IMG/VR virus record: IMGVR_UViG_3300023174_000007
Span: 1 to 53,344 of that record
DNA length: 53,344 nt
DNA from: a virus
Lineage: Duplodnaviria; Caudoviricetes
Strand: one strand, 5' to 3'
Made by a program: the position numbers and the translations under genes. Under the pieces are notes generated by a model that searched no databases, was not told the origin of the DNA, and saw only the letters and a program-made list of their open reading frames with translations. Shown here piece by piece: positions 1 to 8,613 of the stretch. The stretch's first letter is position 1, and each line of letters starts with the position of its first letter.

Positions 1-127
1 TGATAGGCATCAAGGCAGACTTTAGCCATCAATGTTTTAGGGTCTATGCGCCCTTCTTCGTAATCTTTAGCAAGTAATTTAATGAGTTGGATGTCCATGT
101 TCTACTCCTATTCGGGACGTTGATTAT
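1..127. repeat. Terminal direct repeat, left copy (circular contig overlap)
   Basis: 1-127 is identical to 53218-53344. The 127-bp length matches a common assembler k-mer, and the repeat falls inside genes. Confidence 0.95.
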
Positions 128-329
128 CTAAAGCCTCGCCAACTGCGCGGTTCATGTCTTTGACAATCTCTACGCAACGAGCGTGTTCTTTTCGAGCATA
201 CTCTACAGCCACATACAACTCTATATTATGGGCAAATTGCAAAATATCAATCTCGTCTGCAAGCAGAGCGTCTTTGCGTGGCCTATCGCTTTGAAAAAAG
301 ATTTGTTTTACTGTTTCTTCGTTTAGCAT
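108..329 (-). CDS. Hypothetical protein
   Basis: 73-aa ORF with AAGGAG RBS, in the leftward operon. Confidence 0.75.
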   Translation of the reverse strand: MLNEETVKQIFFQSDRPRKDALLADEIDILQFAHNIELYVAVEYARKEHARCVEIVKDMNRAVGEALDNQRPE

Positions 330-338
330 TTTTACTCC

Positions 339-1124
339 TTATTTGTGTGAATTTTTAAGTTGCCAGAATTGTAATAGGTGTAGGAACATCTCCCAACCAC
401 GGTCAAGGTCTTCTGCACTCCACTCACGCACGACGATAAGGTCAGGTACGTTACGAGAGACAAAAATATTGGCACAACGGGCTTTGGGTATGCCTAAACC
501 GACTCGATAAGCTGAGAGTTGCATTAGATGCTCGTCGTATCCATCAACCTTTGAGGGGTCGGTAAACTCCTTGGTTTTGATGTCAACAACAACGCCTTCT
601 CCAACGCCTTCTCCGTCCCTAAAAAATAAATCGCACTTACCGCCAAAACCGAGGTCATGTGCGAAAGAACGCTCGGACACCCACTTGTGATAGCCAAAGT
701 GTTGGGTGATTGCTTGGTCGCAAGCGTTAACACTTTCTTGGTGTTTGCCTGTCGATTTGTTTTCATAGAAGCCTTGAATAGATGCATGGATGTCAGTTCC
801 CGCGTCCGCCGCAGAACGACCCTGTTCTTTTGAGTCGTTGATTATTCGGTCGATGTACTCTTTTTCAGGTTCGTCTGGGCGTCGGGGAAGGGTTAACGCG
901 GCAAGTAATACCTGTTGCTGAAGCCAATTGGTCAGCGCAGGCTTTGCCGCGACGTTTAGCACTGTCGTTACTGACGGTACTAAGTTCATTGTTCGTGCGT
1001 CTCTAAGGGTCGTGTTACGAGGTGAACCGTCCTTCTTAGATGGCACAGTGTATTGCGGTACACCGTCACGAGTGTACCAATGATTCGATTCGCTTGCGCG
1101 TACCGCTGGGGTTGTTATGGTCAT
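339..1124 (-). CDS. PD-(D/E)XK exonuclease (Cas4-like/lambda-exo-like phage recombination nuclease)
   Basis: PSVTTVL, GTDIH, E, GxxD, DIKT and QLSAY motifs in the expected order. Confidence 0.8.
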   Translation of the reverse strand: MTITTPAVRASESNHWYTRDGVPQYTVPSKKDGSPRNTTLRDARTMNLVPSVTTVLNVAAKPALTNWLQQQVLLAALTLPRRPDEPEKEYIDRIINDSKEQGRSAADAGTDIHASIQGFYENKSTGKHQESVNACDQAITQHFGYHKWVSERSFAHDLGFGGKCDLFFRDGEGVGEGVVVDIKTKEFTDPSKVDGYDEHLMQLSAYRVGLGIPKARCANIFVSRNVPDLIVVREWSAEDLDRGWEMFLHLLQFWQLKNSHK

Positions 1125-1131
1125 ATCACTC

Positions 1132-1602
1132 CTATTTGAATTTGTTAAGTTGCTGTTGATTCAAAGCGTATCCTATACCGTGGCCTAAATTTGTTTTGTT
1201 GGTTTCTGTAAATAATTTTTCTTTAGATGCCCAACCAATAATTTCTCCGCCAAAGTCATCAACAATTACCAAAACGTATCTATCGCATTGAGACTCTATT
1301 TTTTTTAAAGTAGCAAGCAATCGACCGTCTTTGTGCCTTGTTGTTTTGACATCAATGGTTTTGCCGTTATGTCCTACGAGGTCAGCCCCACCTTTTCTAA
1401 TCCCAACCGTTAAGTCTGGACAAAGGTTCAAAAACTTCGCCGCGCAAAACTCTCCAACCATTCCATCAATGTCAATTGCCCAAGTGTCTTGATTGCCCAT
1501 CTGTTGGTCTTTGACTTTGTGCATTGCTGTTGAGCGACGCATTACGCCAAGGTTCCTACAAATGAGCAATTCTGCTTCGCTTAGGTCAATTCGATTAGGC
1601 AT
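1132..1602 (-). CDS. Hypothetical protein, possible restriction-endonuclease-like fold
   Basis: GxxGE helix followed by AD-L...IDVKT, resembling a PD-(D/E)XK core. Confidence 0.45.
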   Translation of the reverse strand: MPNRIDLSEAELLICRNLGVMRRSTAMHKVKDQQMGNQDTWAIDIDGMVGEFCAAKFLNLCPDLTVGIRKGGADLVGHNGKTIDVKTTRHKDGRLLATLKKIESQCDRYVLVIVDDFGGEIIGWASKEKLFTETNKTNLGHGIGYALNQQQLNKFK

Positions 1603-2261
1603 CAGAAAGGGATGTCGTCGTCCATATCATTAATGCTACCTGTAGACGCTTTAACGGGCGCTGAAGCGCTTGAGTTGCCTCGTGCCTGCCACTCTGGCGA
1701 CTTTTGGATTTTCTCTCGTAAGCCGTTGCTAAAGCTGTCAAACAATACCATGTCAGGCTCATCAATTGAAAACATCTTCAAATCGTTGTGACCATCTGGC
1801 ATACCTGTTTTTTTAATGGCTGGAGGTACAGACAAAATTGCCGCTATGTTGGTGTACTCTTTCCCGTTGGCTCCCATAGCCTTGATGACTGAAATCATCG
1901 CCCAAGCACCAAGCACGTTCTTGAGTTCAAAGCCACGCAATTCCTCAGCAGTAAACTCACGTCCACGCCATGTTTGCAAGTCTTTGCGTAGGGTAGCCAT
2001 CTCACCCAATGAGAGCGTAAAGTTCTTACTGATAGACATTGGCTCGCCTTTGGCTGTGACTATGGGGTTACCACTGTCGTCTTCGCCATGCACTTCAAAT
2101 TGCACCATTACTTTGGGTAAGTGTTTTACTGTACCAAGGTAAGATGATTCTTGGGTTCCCAAGTCAATGACTCGATAGCACCGTGCAAGGTGCATTCCCT
2201 GTGGTACTGGTGTAAATTCTCCACCGCCGCCACCGCTTTCTTTCGCTATTAAAGCCATCAT
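1602..2261 (-). CDS. ssDNA-binding/replication protein (NGO0469-like phage family)
   Basis: HLARCYRVIDLGTQ N-terminal motif and SSB-type acidic tail MDDDIPF; lies near the exonuclease. Confidence 0.7.
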   Translation of the reverse strand: MMALIAKESGGGGGEFTPVPQGMHLARCYRVIDLGTQESSYLGTVKHLPKVMVQFEVHGEDDSGNPIVTAKGEPMSISKNFTLSLGEMATLRKDLQTWRGREFTAEELRGFELKNVLGAWAMISVIKAMGANGKEYTNIAAILSVPPAIKKTGMPDGHNDLKMFSIDEPDMVLFDSFSNGLREKIQKSPEWQARGNSSASAPVKASTGSINDMDDDIPF

Positions 2262-2443
2262 TCGCTCCTATTTAAGGTTAAAGTTTCTAAAACTACTGTA
2301 GGTCTCTTGGACAATCCGCACTCGTAGCGGATGATGTTCCAGTCCTCCTGTGTTGCAACACCTGTCTCGGCTCTTTCGAGCGCTTCCTCAAGTATTTGTT
2401 GCCTCTCCAACATCAATTGATGCATTTCATATTCTCTGTCCAT
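2258..2443 (-). CDS. Hypothetical protein, first gene of the leftward operon
   Basis: 61-aa ORF overlapping the next gene by ATGA; no HTH or peptidase motifs. Confidence 0.7.
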   Translation of the reverse strand: MDREYEMHQLMLERQQILEEALERAETGVATQEDWNIIRYECGLSKRPTVVLETLTLNRSE

Positions 2444-2469
2444 AAGTTCGCTTTCAAGTTAAACAGGTT

Positions 2470-2525
2470 GTAGTGTATCATGTTTAATCTCATGTTGCAC
2501 AATTATTTTTTCTAGTGTAATATCC
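2470..2525. promoter_or_regulatory. Overlapping divergent sigma70-type promoters with an operator-like box
   Basis: Rightward TTGCAC(2495-2500)-N17-TAATAT(2518-2523). Leftward GTGCAA-N17-TACACT with TG extension. Box TGTTTAATCTCATGTTGCAC at 2481-2500 resembles the boxes near 9215 and 11699. Confidence 0.55.
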
Positions 2526-2547
2526 AATTAACCATGAAAGGGATAAG

Positions 2548-2760
2548 ATGACACTTCAAGAGTTTTTTAAAGATAAACCAAGGGGAACAAAGATTGCGAT
2601 GGCTCGTAAATTGGGCGTTAGCAAGACATGGTTTTCATTGGTGGTAACAGGGCGAAAACTACCTAGCCCCGAACTAGCACGCGACATTGAGTTGCTTACA
2701 GGTAGGAAAGTGAAGAGGGCAGATTTACGACCCGATATTTTTGGAAAGACAGCGCGATGA
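2548..2760 (+). CDS. Cro/YdaS-like HTH transcriptional regulator
   Basis: 70 aa; AMARKLGVSKTWFSLVVTG helix-turn-helix, PSPELARDIE and LRPDIF C-terminal motif. Confidence 0.85.
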   Translation: MTLQEFFKDKPRGTKIAMARKLGVSKTWFSLVVTGRKLPSPELARDIELLTGRKVKRADLRPDIFGKTAR

Positions 2761-3413
2761 TATGGTATAAATTTCACATTGGTGACTATCTCACCCACAC
2801 GGTACATCTATCAGATGCAGAGGATTTGGCTTATCGTCGTCTGATGGATTTGTACTACATGAGCGAGAAAGAAATCCCACTCGATACCGAATCGGTTGCG
2901 AGAAAAATACGTCTAGATTTGGACATAACCGAATCGGTTTTGAATGAGTTCTTTGAAAAGACCGAAACAGGGTATTTTAACAATCGTTGCCATGTTGAAG
3001 TTACTAAATATCAACATCAAGTTGAGAATAATCGACAGCTTGGAAAGCGTGGTGGCAGGCCATCAAAAACCGAGTCGGTTATCGAATCGAAAGCGAATCA
3101 TAACCCTAACAGAAACAGAAACAGAAATATAAAAACCATATCGTCGCAAGCGACATCATCACGATTTGAGGAGTTTTGGAACAATTGGCCTACCTCAAAA
3201 CGAAAGGTCGCTAAAAACGCTTGTAAGGCAAAATGGGAGCGTCAAGCATTAGACCCCTTAACTGAAAAAATAAACGCCGTGGTGACCCTTCTAAAGGTCT
3301 CAGAACAGTGGATTTCTGGCTTTGAACCTTCACCTTTGACGTTTATTAATCAGAAGCGTTGGGAAGACGGCTCAACAACCGATTCGGTTTCGATTGGCAG
3401 GAGGGTGATATGA
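2757..3413 (+). CDS. YdaU/DUF1376-family replication initiator
   Basis: WYKFHIGDY...AYRRLMDLYY N-terminus, GKRGGRP linker, FEEFW..P...P.TFINQKRWED C-terminus; contains iteron-like repeats. Confidence 0.85.
   Translation: MIWYKFHIGDYLTHTVHLSDAEDLAYRRLMDLYYMSEKEIPLDTESVARKIRLDLDITESVLNEFFEKTETGYFNNRCHVEVTKYQHQVENNRQLGKRGGRPSKTESVIESKANHNPNRNRNRNIKTISSQATSSRFEEFWNNWPTSKRKVAKNACKAKWERQALDPLTEKINAVVTLLKVSEQWISGFEPSPLTFINQKRWEDGSTTDSVSIGRRVI
2886..3389. repeat. Iteron-like palindromes ACCGANTCGGT (putative replication origin)
   Basis: Copies at 2886-2896, 2927-2939, 3068-3080 and 3377-3389 inside the initiator gene, as for lambdoid origins. Confidence 0.65.
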
Positions 3414-3844
3414 CACCAGTCGAGCGTATGTTGGGTATGTTGACTAAGGTCAAAGGTCGCAATGGTTCTTGGACTGCTTGTTGTCCTGCGCATAACGACA
3501 AGGGGCCATCACTTGCCATTCGTGAAAATGAAGACGGTCGTATTCTGATTCACTGCTTTGCGGGTTGTGAGACGTTAAGTGTCGTGCAGGCTTTGGGTAT
3601 GGATTTATCAGACCTATTTCCGCCTGACGACAAGCGTAGTGAATATCCCGTTGATGGCAAGAAGAGTCTCAAGCCTGCGTTCTACGCAAGTGACTTGCTA
3701 AGAATTATTTCTTTTGAATGCTTAATTGTGTCGATTTGTGCTTACGACATGAGTGTTGGTAAAAATATTCAAGAGGGTGATAGGGAGCGCCTCAAGGTTG
3801 CTCATCAACGAATACAGGAGGCAATGAACTATGCAAACCTCTGA
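3410..3844 (+). CDS. Primase-type zinc-binding domain protein (CHC2-like, no catalytic domain)
   Basis: CCPAHND..PSL and HCFAGC motifs; ATG 3410 overlaps the upstream stop (ATGA). Confidence 0.75.
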   Translation: MTPVERMLGMLTKVKGRNGSWTACCPAHNDKGPSLAIRENEDGRILIHCFAGCETLSVVQALGMDLSDLFPPDDKRSEYPVDGKKSLKPAFYASDLLRIISFECLIVSICAYDMSVGKNIQEGDRERLKVAHQRIQEAMNYANL

Positions 3845-4832
3845 AATACAAAAACGTGCGCAGGAATTAGACGAGGCTCGTCGTATTCGTATCGTGCGAC
3901 CTAACGAAATAGATTTTGAGAAGTATCTCAAAGCCCATGACGTAGCACAAAAGGTCAAGGGTGCTAGTGAATTCTTAGATGAGATTGAAGCTGAGTTAGC
4001 CAGCCCAGTGGTAGAGGCGTCACAGACAATGCCTTGGCCAAAGACCCATGCAGGGTTTCGATTTCGTGCAGGTGAGGTAACGCTATACGCTGGTGGTAAC
4101 GGTGGCGGTAAGTCAATGGTTACAGGCCAGATTGCTATGGGTTTGATTAAGCAAAATCAGCGCGTAATGATTGCCTCGTTCGAGATGAAGCCTAAGCGTA
4201 CATTGTTTCGTATGCTTCGCCAATTTGCTGGTGAGAACATTGACTTCCCGCGTTACGCTGACAAGCACAAGTACCTATCTGCATTGATTAAGCGTATGCG
4301 AAATTTTGCTCACGCGAACCTATGGCTATATGACCAACAGGGAACTGTGACTGCACAGCAGGTCATTGCTGTATCACGTTACAGCGCAATCGAGTTAGAT
4401 GTACAGCATATTTTTATTGACTCATTGATGAAGTGCGTATCTGGCGAGGATGATTACAACGCACAGAAAGCATTTGTTGATGAGTTGACATCATTGGCGC
4501 GTGACCACAATGTCCATGTGCATTTGATTCACCATATTCGTAAGTTGGCAAGTGAAGAGATTAAGCCAAATAAAAATGACATTAAAGGCTCAGGCTCAAT
4601 CAGTGACCAAGTGGATAACGTCTTGATGGTATGGCGTAACAAGAAAAAAGAACACGATGCGCAGAATGGTTCTGTTGACCCAATGATTCCAGATGCCTAC
4701 CTCATGTGCGAGAAGCAACGTAACGGCGAGTCAGAGGATTGGTATTCGCTTTGGTATCTCAAAGACAGTCAGCAGTTTGTTGAGAACAATGATTCTGTGC
4801 CAATGTCGTTTGACAATGGAGGCGCATTTTGA
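3831..4832 (+). CDS. dnaB: DnaB/T7 gp4-like SF4 replicative helicase
   Basis: Walker A GGNGGGKS, SFEM, IFIDSL, HHIRK, KGSGSISDQVDNV, EKQRNGE. Confidence 0.9.
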   Translation: MQTSEIQKRAQELDEARRIRIVRPNEIDFEKYLKAHDVAQKVKGASEFLDEIEAELASPVVEASQTMPWPKTHAGFRFRAGEVTLYAGGNGGGKSMVTGQIAMGLIKQNQRVMIASFEMKPKRTLFRMLRQFAGENIDFPRYADKHKYLSALIKRMRNFAHANLWLYDQQGTVTAQQVIAVSRYSAIELDVQHIFIDSLMKCVSGEDDYNAQKAFVDELTSLARDHNVHVHLIHHIRKLASEEIKPNKNDIKGSGSISDQVDNVLMVWRNKKKEHDAQNGSVDPMIPDAYLMCEKQRNGESEDWYSLWYLKDSQQFVENNDSVPMSFDNGGAF

Positions 4833-5092
4833 CTGGCCTTATTTCGGGAAAGCGAGTTTGGAACGAGGGCGAGGGCGACGATGAATACAGGCATCGTTGT
4901 CTTGTTCGAGGAATTATTAAGATGCGAGTAAAAGACCGTCAAGAAGCGCACGTTTGGCTTTTTGGTGGAATGGGTAAAGATGGCAAGTATTTTAAAGGGT
5001 GGAATGCATTGCACCCTGATTCACGATTAATAGAGGACATAAAAGACCAATGGTCTAAGGGTAATCGTGGCAGTGATGGGGAATGGAAATGA
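4829..5092 (+). CDS. Hypothetical protein (start uncertain)
   Basis: ORF coupled to the helicase; EYRHRCLVR and QWSKGNRG motifs. Confidence 0.65.
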   Translation: MTGLISGKRVWNEGEGDDEYRHRCLVRGIIKMRVKDRQEAHVWLFGGMGKDGKYFKGWNALHPDSRLIEDIKDQWSKGNRGSDGEWK

Positions 5093-5748
5093 ACGACATG
5101 AAACAAGGGTTCTTGTTTGATTTTCCTGAAGTTCAAAAAAAGACATATAGGGCAATACGCCATGATGTTGTTCGGGAAAAGCAATCAGAAAATTCTATAG
5201 AGGTTCACCATCCTAATCAGAAAACTAAACAAATAGAATTTGTTATGAACAATTTAAATGTCCAACATGGACACGACATTCTTGAACTGTTTGCTGGCAG
5301 AGGTAATTTAACTAAAGTTTATGAACAATATGGAAATGTTACTGCTTGCGACCGTAAATATTTGCAAACTGGAGATAGTTTTTTGTTGTTTCATAAATTG
5401 ATATATGAAAAAAGAAAATTTACTGTTATTGATATTGACCCGTATGGATTTCCAAATAGGTTTTTCCCAGATGTTTATTTATTAATAGATGACGGAATTA
5501 TGTTTGCGACTATGCCAAAACCATATGTAAACATATTGAACGGTATTACGCAAACTCATTTAATTAGCTACTTTGGTGAGCCAAACCCAGACGAAAATAC
5601 GATTGTTGAAAAGTTTGTTGTTTGGGGATTATGTCATTGGAGACAAGTGGAATTAATTAATTCTATGGATTGTGACAGCGTTTGGCGATTTGCTTTTAGC
5701 GTTAAAAAAGTCAAAGCAACCGATTACACGGGAGTAAGAAATAGATGA
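5083..5748 (+). CDS. Class I SAM-dependent methyltransferase
   Basis: Motif I ILELFAGRG and motif IV-like IDIDPYG; AT-rich relative to its flanks. Confidence 0.75.
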   Translation: MEMNDMKQGFLFDFPEVQKKTYRAIRHDVVREKQSENSIEVHHPNQKTKQIEFVMNNLNVQHGHDILELFAGRGNLTKVYEQYGNVTACDRKYLQTGDSFLLFHKLIYEKRKFTVIDIDPYGFPNRFFPDVYLLIDDGIMFATMPKPYVNILNGITQTHLISYFGEPNPDENTIVEKFVVWGLCHWRQVELINSMDCDSVWRFAFSVKKVKATDYTGVRNR

Positions 5749-5775
5749 ACAACCAATCAACACAAAGGAATAAAA

Positions 5776-6123
5776 ATGATTGAACTAACACTGCCGTGGC
5801 CTCCTACGGTCAACACCTATTGGCGTAACTTTAACGGTCGAACCATTGTCAGTGCAAGGGGGCGCAGTTATCGCAAGGCTGTAGCTGACCAAGTCTTGAT
5901 TCAACACGCCGCCAAGCACATTGACTACGCGGTAAAGGTAGAGATTCAATGCTTTAGGCCAGACCGTCGACGCCGCGATTTAGATAATCTTTTGAAGGCA
6001 TTGCTTGACTCCATGACCTACGCTGGGGTTATGCAGGATGACGCTTTAATTGAAGACTTGCGGGTGTATTGGGCGGATGAGGTAGGGGGTATGGTAAAGA
6101 TAACCATAGAGGGTATTCTATGA
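5776..6123 (+). CDS. rusA: RusA Holliday junction resolvase
   Basis: LPWPPTVNTYWR, PDRRRRDLDNLLKALLDS and DD.LI motifs. Confidence 0.93.
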   Translation: MIELTLPWPPTVNTYWRNFNGRTIVSARGRSYRKAVADQVLIQHAAKHIDYAVKVEIQCFRPDRRRRDLDNLLKALLDSMTYAGVMQDDALIEDLRVYWADEVGGMVKITIEGIL

Positions 6124-6242
6124 ATTGGATTATTTCGTTGGTGGTTGTGTATTTTTTGTTTTCAGGGGAGCCGCCTTTGATTGACTTACTACATGACCGC
6201 GTTACGCATTACGTTGTTGAAAAAGAAAAGAGTCGTAAATGA
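6120..6242 (+). CDS. 40-aa membrane microprotein (not in ORF track)
   Basis: Hand translation MNWIISLVVVYFLFSGEPP...; ATGA overlaps at both ends. Confidence 0.6.
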   Translation: MNWIISLVVVYFLFSGEPPLIDLLHDRVTHYVVEKEKSRK

Positions 6243-6403
6243 AAACAGAACCAGAATTAATTGACATCTTTGCCATGTTTGCTTTGGATAGGCTAAAGCC
6301 AGTCAAGGGAATGTCAAAGATAGATGTTGCGTATGAGGCATATGAGCAGGCGCAGGCAATGATGGAGGTGCGAGAAGACTTTATTAACAAAAGGAATGAA
6401 TGA
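6239..6403 (+). CDS. 54-aa hypothetical protein (not in ORF track)
   Basis: MKTEPELIDIFAMFAL...AYEQAQAMMEVRE; resembles the DYFA...AY..AD.M..AR family at 7807-8261. Confidence 0.65.
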   Translation: MKTEPELIDIFAMFALDRLKPVKGMSKIDVAYEAYEQAQAMMEVREDFINKRNE

Positions 6404-6522
6404 TGGACGCTCTTTTAAATATTCTTGGTTTAATTTTTTTGGTGACTGGAATAATAACTTGGTTGTTTGTTTGTTTTGTAACGTGGTATTACTGGCTGTG
6501 TAAGCCGAATAAGGAGAAATAA
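6403..6522 (+). CDS. 39-aa membrane microprotein (not in ORF track)
   Basis: AAGGA RBS; MDALLNILGLIFLVTGIITWLFVCFVTWYYWLCK is one hydrophobic span. Confidence 0.6.
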   Translation: MDALLNILGLIFLVTGIITWLFVCFVTWYYWLCKPNKEK

Positions 6523-6657
6523 ATGTTTAATACATTTGGTGAATTTTTTTGGGCATTCATGGCAATGTCTGGTTTTATGTTTTGGATTTGTATGGTAGGT
6601 TTTATTGCAATGATAATTAAACGTAATCGCGCAAAAAGAAAGGCTTACTATGAGTGA
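6523..6657 (+). CDS. 44-aa membrane microprotein (not in ORF track)
   Basis: AAGGAG RBS; hydrophobic span followed by a basic KRNRAKRK tail. Confidence 0.65.
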   Translation: MFNTFGEFFWAFMAMSGFMFWICMVGFIAMIIKRNRAKRKAYYE

Positions 6658-6982
6658 AGATAGAAATCCGCATGATGCGGTAGATTACATCCTACTCAAT
6701 GGAAAGAAGTTTGCTAAAGCAAAAGCGGAGCGGCGCTATATTGAGGAGTACCGTAAATCGCTGAAGGCAATACTAATGAAGCGAAGTATGGAAAACGCCA
6801 TAGGGGCGCAAGAGCGCGAAGCATACGCGCATCCTGAGTATGTGCAACTACTTGAAGGGTTGCGTGAGGCCATCGAAGTAGAAGAAAAGTTGCATTGGGA
6901 TTTACTAGGCGCTCAAGCCCGTGTAGAAATCTGGCGTACTGAGCAGGCAAATAATAGAGCAGAAGGAAAGGCAACGCTATGA
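6650..6982 (+). CDS. Helical hypothetical phage protein
   Basis: 110-aa coiled ORF with AQEREAYAHPEY motif; coupled to its neighbours. Confidence 0.75.
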   Translation: MSEDRNPHDAVDYILLNGKKFAKAKAERRYIEEYRKSLKAILMKRSMENAIGAQEREAYAHPEYVQLLEGLREAIEVEEKLHWDLLGAQARVEIWRTEQANNRAEGKATL

Positions 6983-7242
6983 AAACAATTTTAATTTTAA
7001 TCGTAGGTTTATTGGTTGGGTGTTCAAGCCCAAGAGTAGTTGAAGTACCAATCTACACAACTCAGAACTTGGTGATGGATAGGAATATCCAACCACTGAC
7101 TCGCGGTGAGCAGATTGATGCCATCAAAGATTGCCAAGAGGTGGGTTTACGACCGCGTTTGGTGTATGGCAAGAGGTTAGTCAATGGTTATACCGCTGAG
7201 ACCGTCATTGACGTTATCTGCGCCAATAGATATGCGTTTTAA
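6979..7242 (+). CDS. Putative lipoprotein
   Basis: MKTILILIVGLLVGC: signal peptide with lipobox. Confidence 0.7.
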   Translation: MKTILILIVGLLVGCSSPRVVEVPIYTTQNLVMDRNIQPLTRGEQIDAIKDCQEVGLRPRLVYGKRLVNGYTAETVIDVICANRYAF

Positions 7243-7603
7243 TAATTTTCACTGGGGCATCGTCCACGGTCTGGCTTGGGTAGTTTGCTTGGCTGATGGA
7301 TGGGTGCTTCACAACCATGTATTGTTTGGTATGGCACTTTTTTTTATGTTTTATTCACTTTGGAGAATGATTATGAAGACACCAGAAGATGAGGAGTTTG
7401 AGCGTATTGCAAGGGAGCAGGAGGCCAGAGACGCTGAGGACTTGCGTAAGACTCAGCCTGTTGTATTGGGAGCCAGCATTCAATCTTTTAATGCTTGGGA
7501 GCATAGCCATCAACCAAACCAATATTCTATCGAGCGACGTGCATACCTTGCAGGGTTTGATGCAGGTCGACGTCAAGAGCGATTAAAAGAAATCAATGAC
7601 TGA
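7232..7603 (+). CDS. Hypothetical membrane protein
   Basis: ATG 7232; two hydrophobic segments, then a charged domain. Confidence 0.6.
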   Translation: MRFNNFHWGIVHGLAWVVCLADGWVLHNHVLFGMALFFMFYSLWRMIMKTPEDEEFERIAREQEARDAEDLRKTQPVVLGASIQSFNAWEHSHQPNQYSIERRAYLAGFDAGRRQERLKEIND

Positions 7604-7609
7604 AAAACT

Positions 7610-7810
7610 ATGAGAAAACAAATGCTTTGGTGCATTGCAATGTGGATTGTGTTCTGCGGGTTTCTTATTTATTTGACAGAACTTAGTCGCAAAGAGGAAG
7701 TTTATAAGCTGAACTGTGAATTATTGATGGGCGGCTGGCATCCTGACATACCAAAAGAATTTGCCAAATTTTGTGAAGAGGCTAAACGAACAATGAGGAG
7801 CGACAGATGA
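7610..7810 (+). CDS. Hypothetical membrane-anchored protein
   Basis: N-terminal TM segment; C...WHPDIP...C motif. Confidence 0.7.
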   Translation: MRKQMLWCIAMWIVFCGFLIYLTELSRKEEVYKLNCELLMGGWHPDIPKEFAKFCEEAKRTMRSDR

Positions 7811-8046
7811 AAGTATTTCCAAGCACAGAACCAATTTATGGGAACGATGTAATTGGTGTTAAAGAGAATAGCGGTATGGACTTGAGGGATTACATAGCAA
7901 CAAATGCAATGCAAGGGATGTTATCCAACCCTGAGTTTTTACAAGTAGTTACAAAAGAAGAAGTTAACGGAAGTGATTGTGCATCAAGAGTGGCAAAAGT
8001 ATCTTATAAATATGCAGATGCCATGATGAAGGCGAGGGAGCAATGA
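7807..8046 (+). CDS. Hypothetical protein, GMDLRDY family paralogue 1
   Basis: MKVFP...GMDLRDYIA...SYKYADAMMKARE. Confidence 0.8.
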   Translation: MKVFPSTEPIYGNDVIGVKENSGMDLRDYIATNAMQGMLSNPEFLQVVTKEEVNGSDCASRVAKVSYKYADAMMKAREQ

Positions 8047-8261
8047 AAGCATTTCCACAAAAATATCCAATTGATGCAAGTAACCCACATCATTGGAATC
8101 ATAATCCAGTAGATACAGGCATGGATTTGCGTGATTACTTTGCTATCCACTTTGCACAGTCACAAATTAATTTAATAAAAGATGAGCAGTTTGATGCGTT
8201 AGAAACATTTAAAACATCTTACAAACTGGCTGACATTATGCTGAAGGCGAGAGAGAAATGA
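8043..8261 (+). CDS. Hypothetical protein, GMDLRDY family paralogue 2
   Basis: MKAFP...GMDLRDYFA...SYKLADIMLKARE. Confidence 0.8.
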   Translation: MKAFPQKYPIDASNPHHWNHNPVDTGMDLRDYFAIHFAQSQINLIKDEQFDALETFKTSYKLADIMLKAREK

Positions 8262-8395
8262 AAGAGAAATACACATTTGGTTGGCATGACCCAAGAAGTT
8301 TGTATGGAGAACCTAAAATGGTTGAGGAAGATAAACCTAATGTACCTTTATGGTTTAGGTTAGTCGTTAAATTATTTTATTGGGGTAAGAAATGA
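8258..8395 (+). CDS. 45-aa hypothetical protein (not in ORF track)
   Basis: Fills the gap exactly, with ATGA overlaps at both ends. Confidence 0.6.
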   Translation: MKEKYTFGWHDPRSLYGEPKMVEEDKPNVPLWFRLVVKLFYWGKK

Positions 8396-8613
8396 GTGAA
8401 GAGTCGGGTATATCTTATAACGGTGTAACTTGTACAGTTAGTACATCACCTACTGAATTTAAAGTTACCATTGGCGAAGAGTTTGAAGGGTGGATTACTA
8501 ACAAAAAATTAACCATTGAAGGACTTACTGTAGGGCAACTAAACAAAGCATACCTATACGGAAGACTTGAGCGTTTTATTAACTCTGCATTAGAGAAAGC
8601 GAGTGAGAAATGA
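8392..8613 (+). CDS. Hypothetical protein
   Basis: Coupled ORF ending ALEKASEK. Confidence 0.7.
   Translation: MSEESGISYNGVTCTVSTSPTEFKVTIGEEFEGWITNKKLTIEGLTVGQLNKAYLYGRLERFINSALEKASEK

Noticed and set aside
339-1124. Cas4/CRISPR system
   Set aside because: Solo phage PD-(D/E)XK nuclease without the Fe-S cysteine set; no repeat-spacer array or other cas genes.
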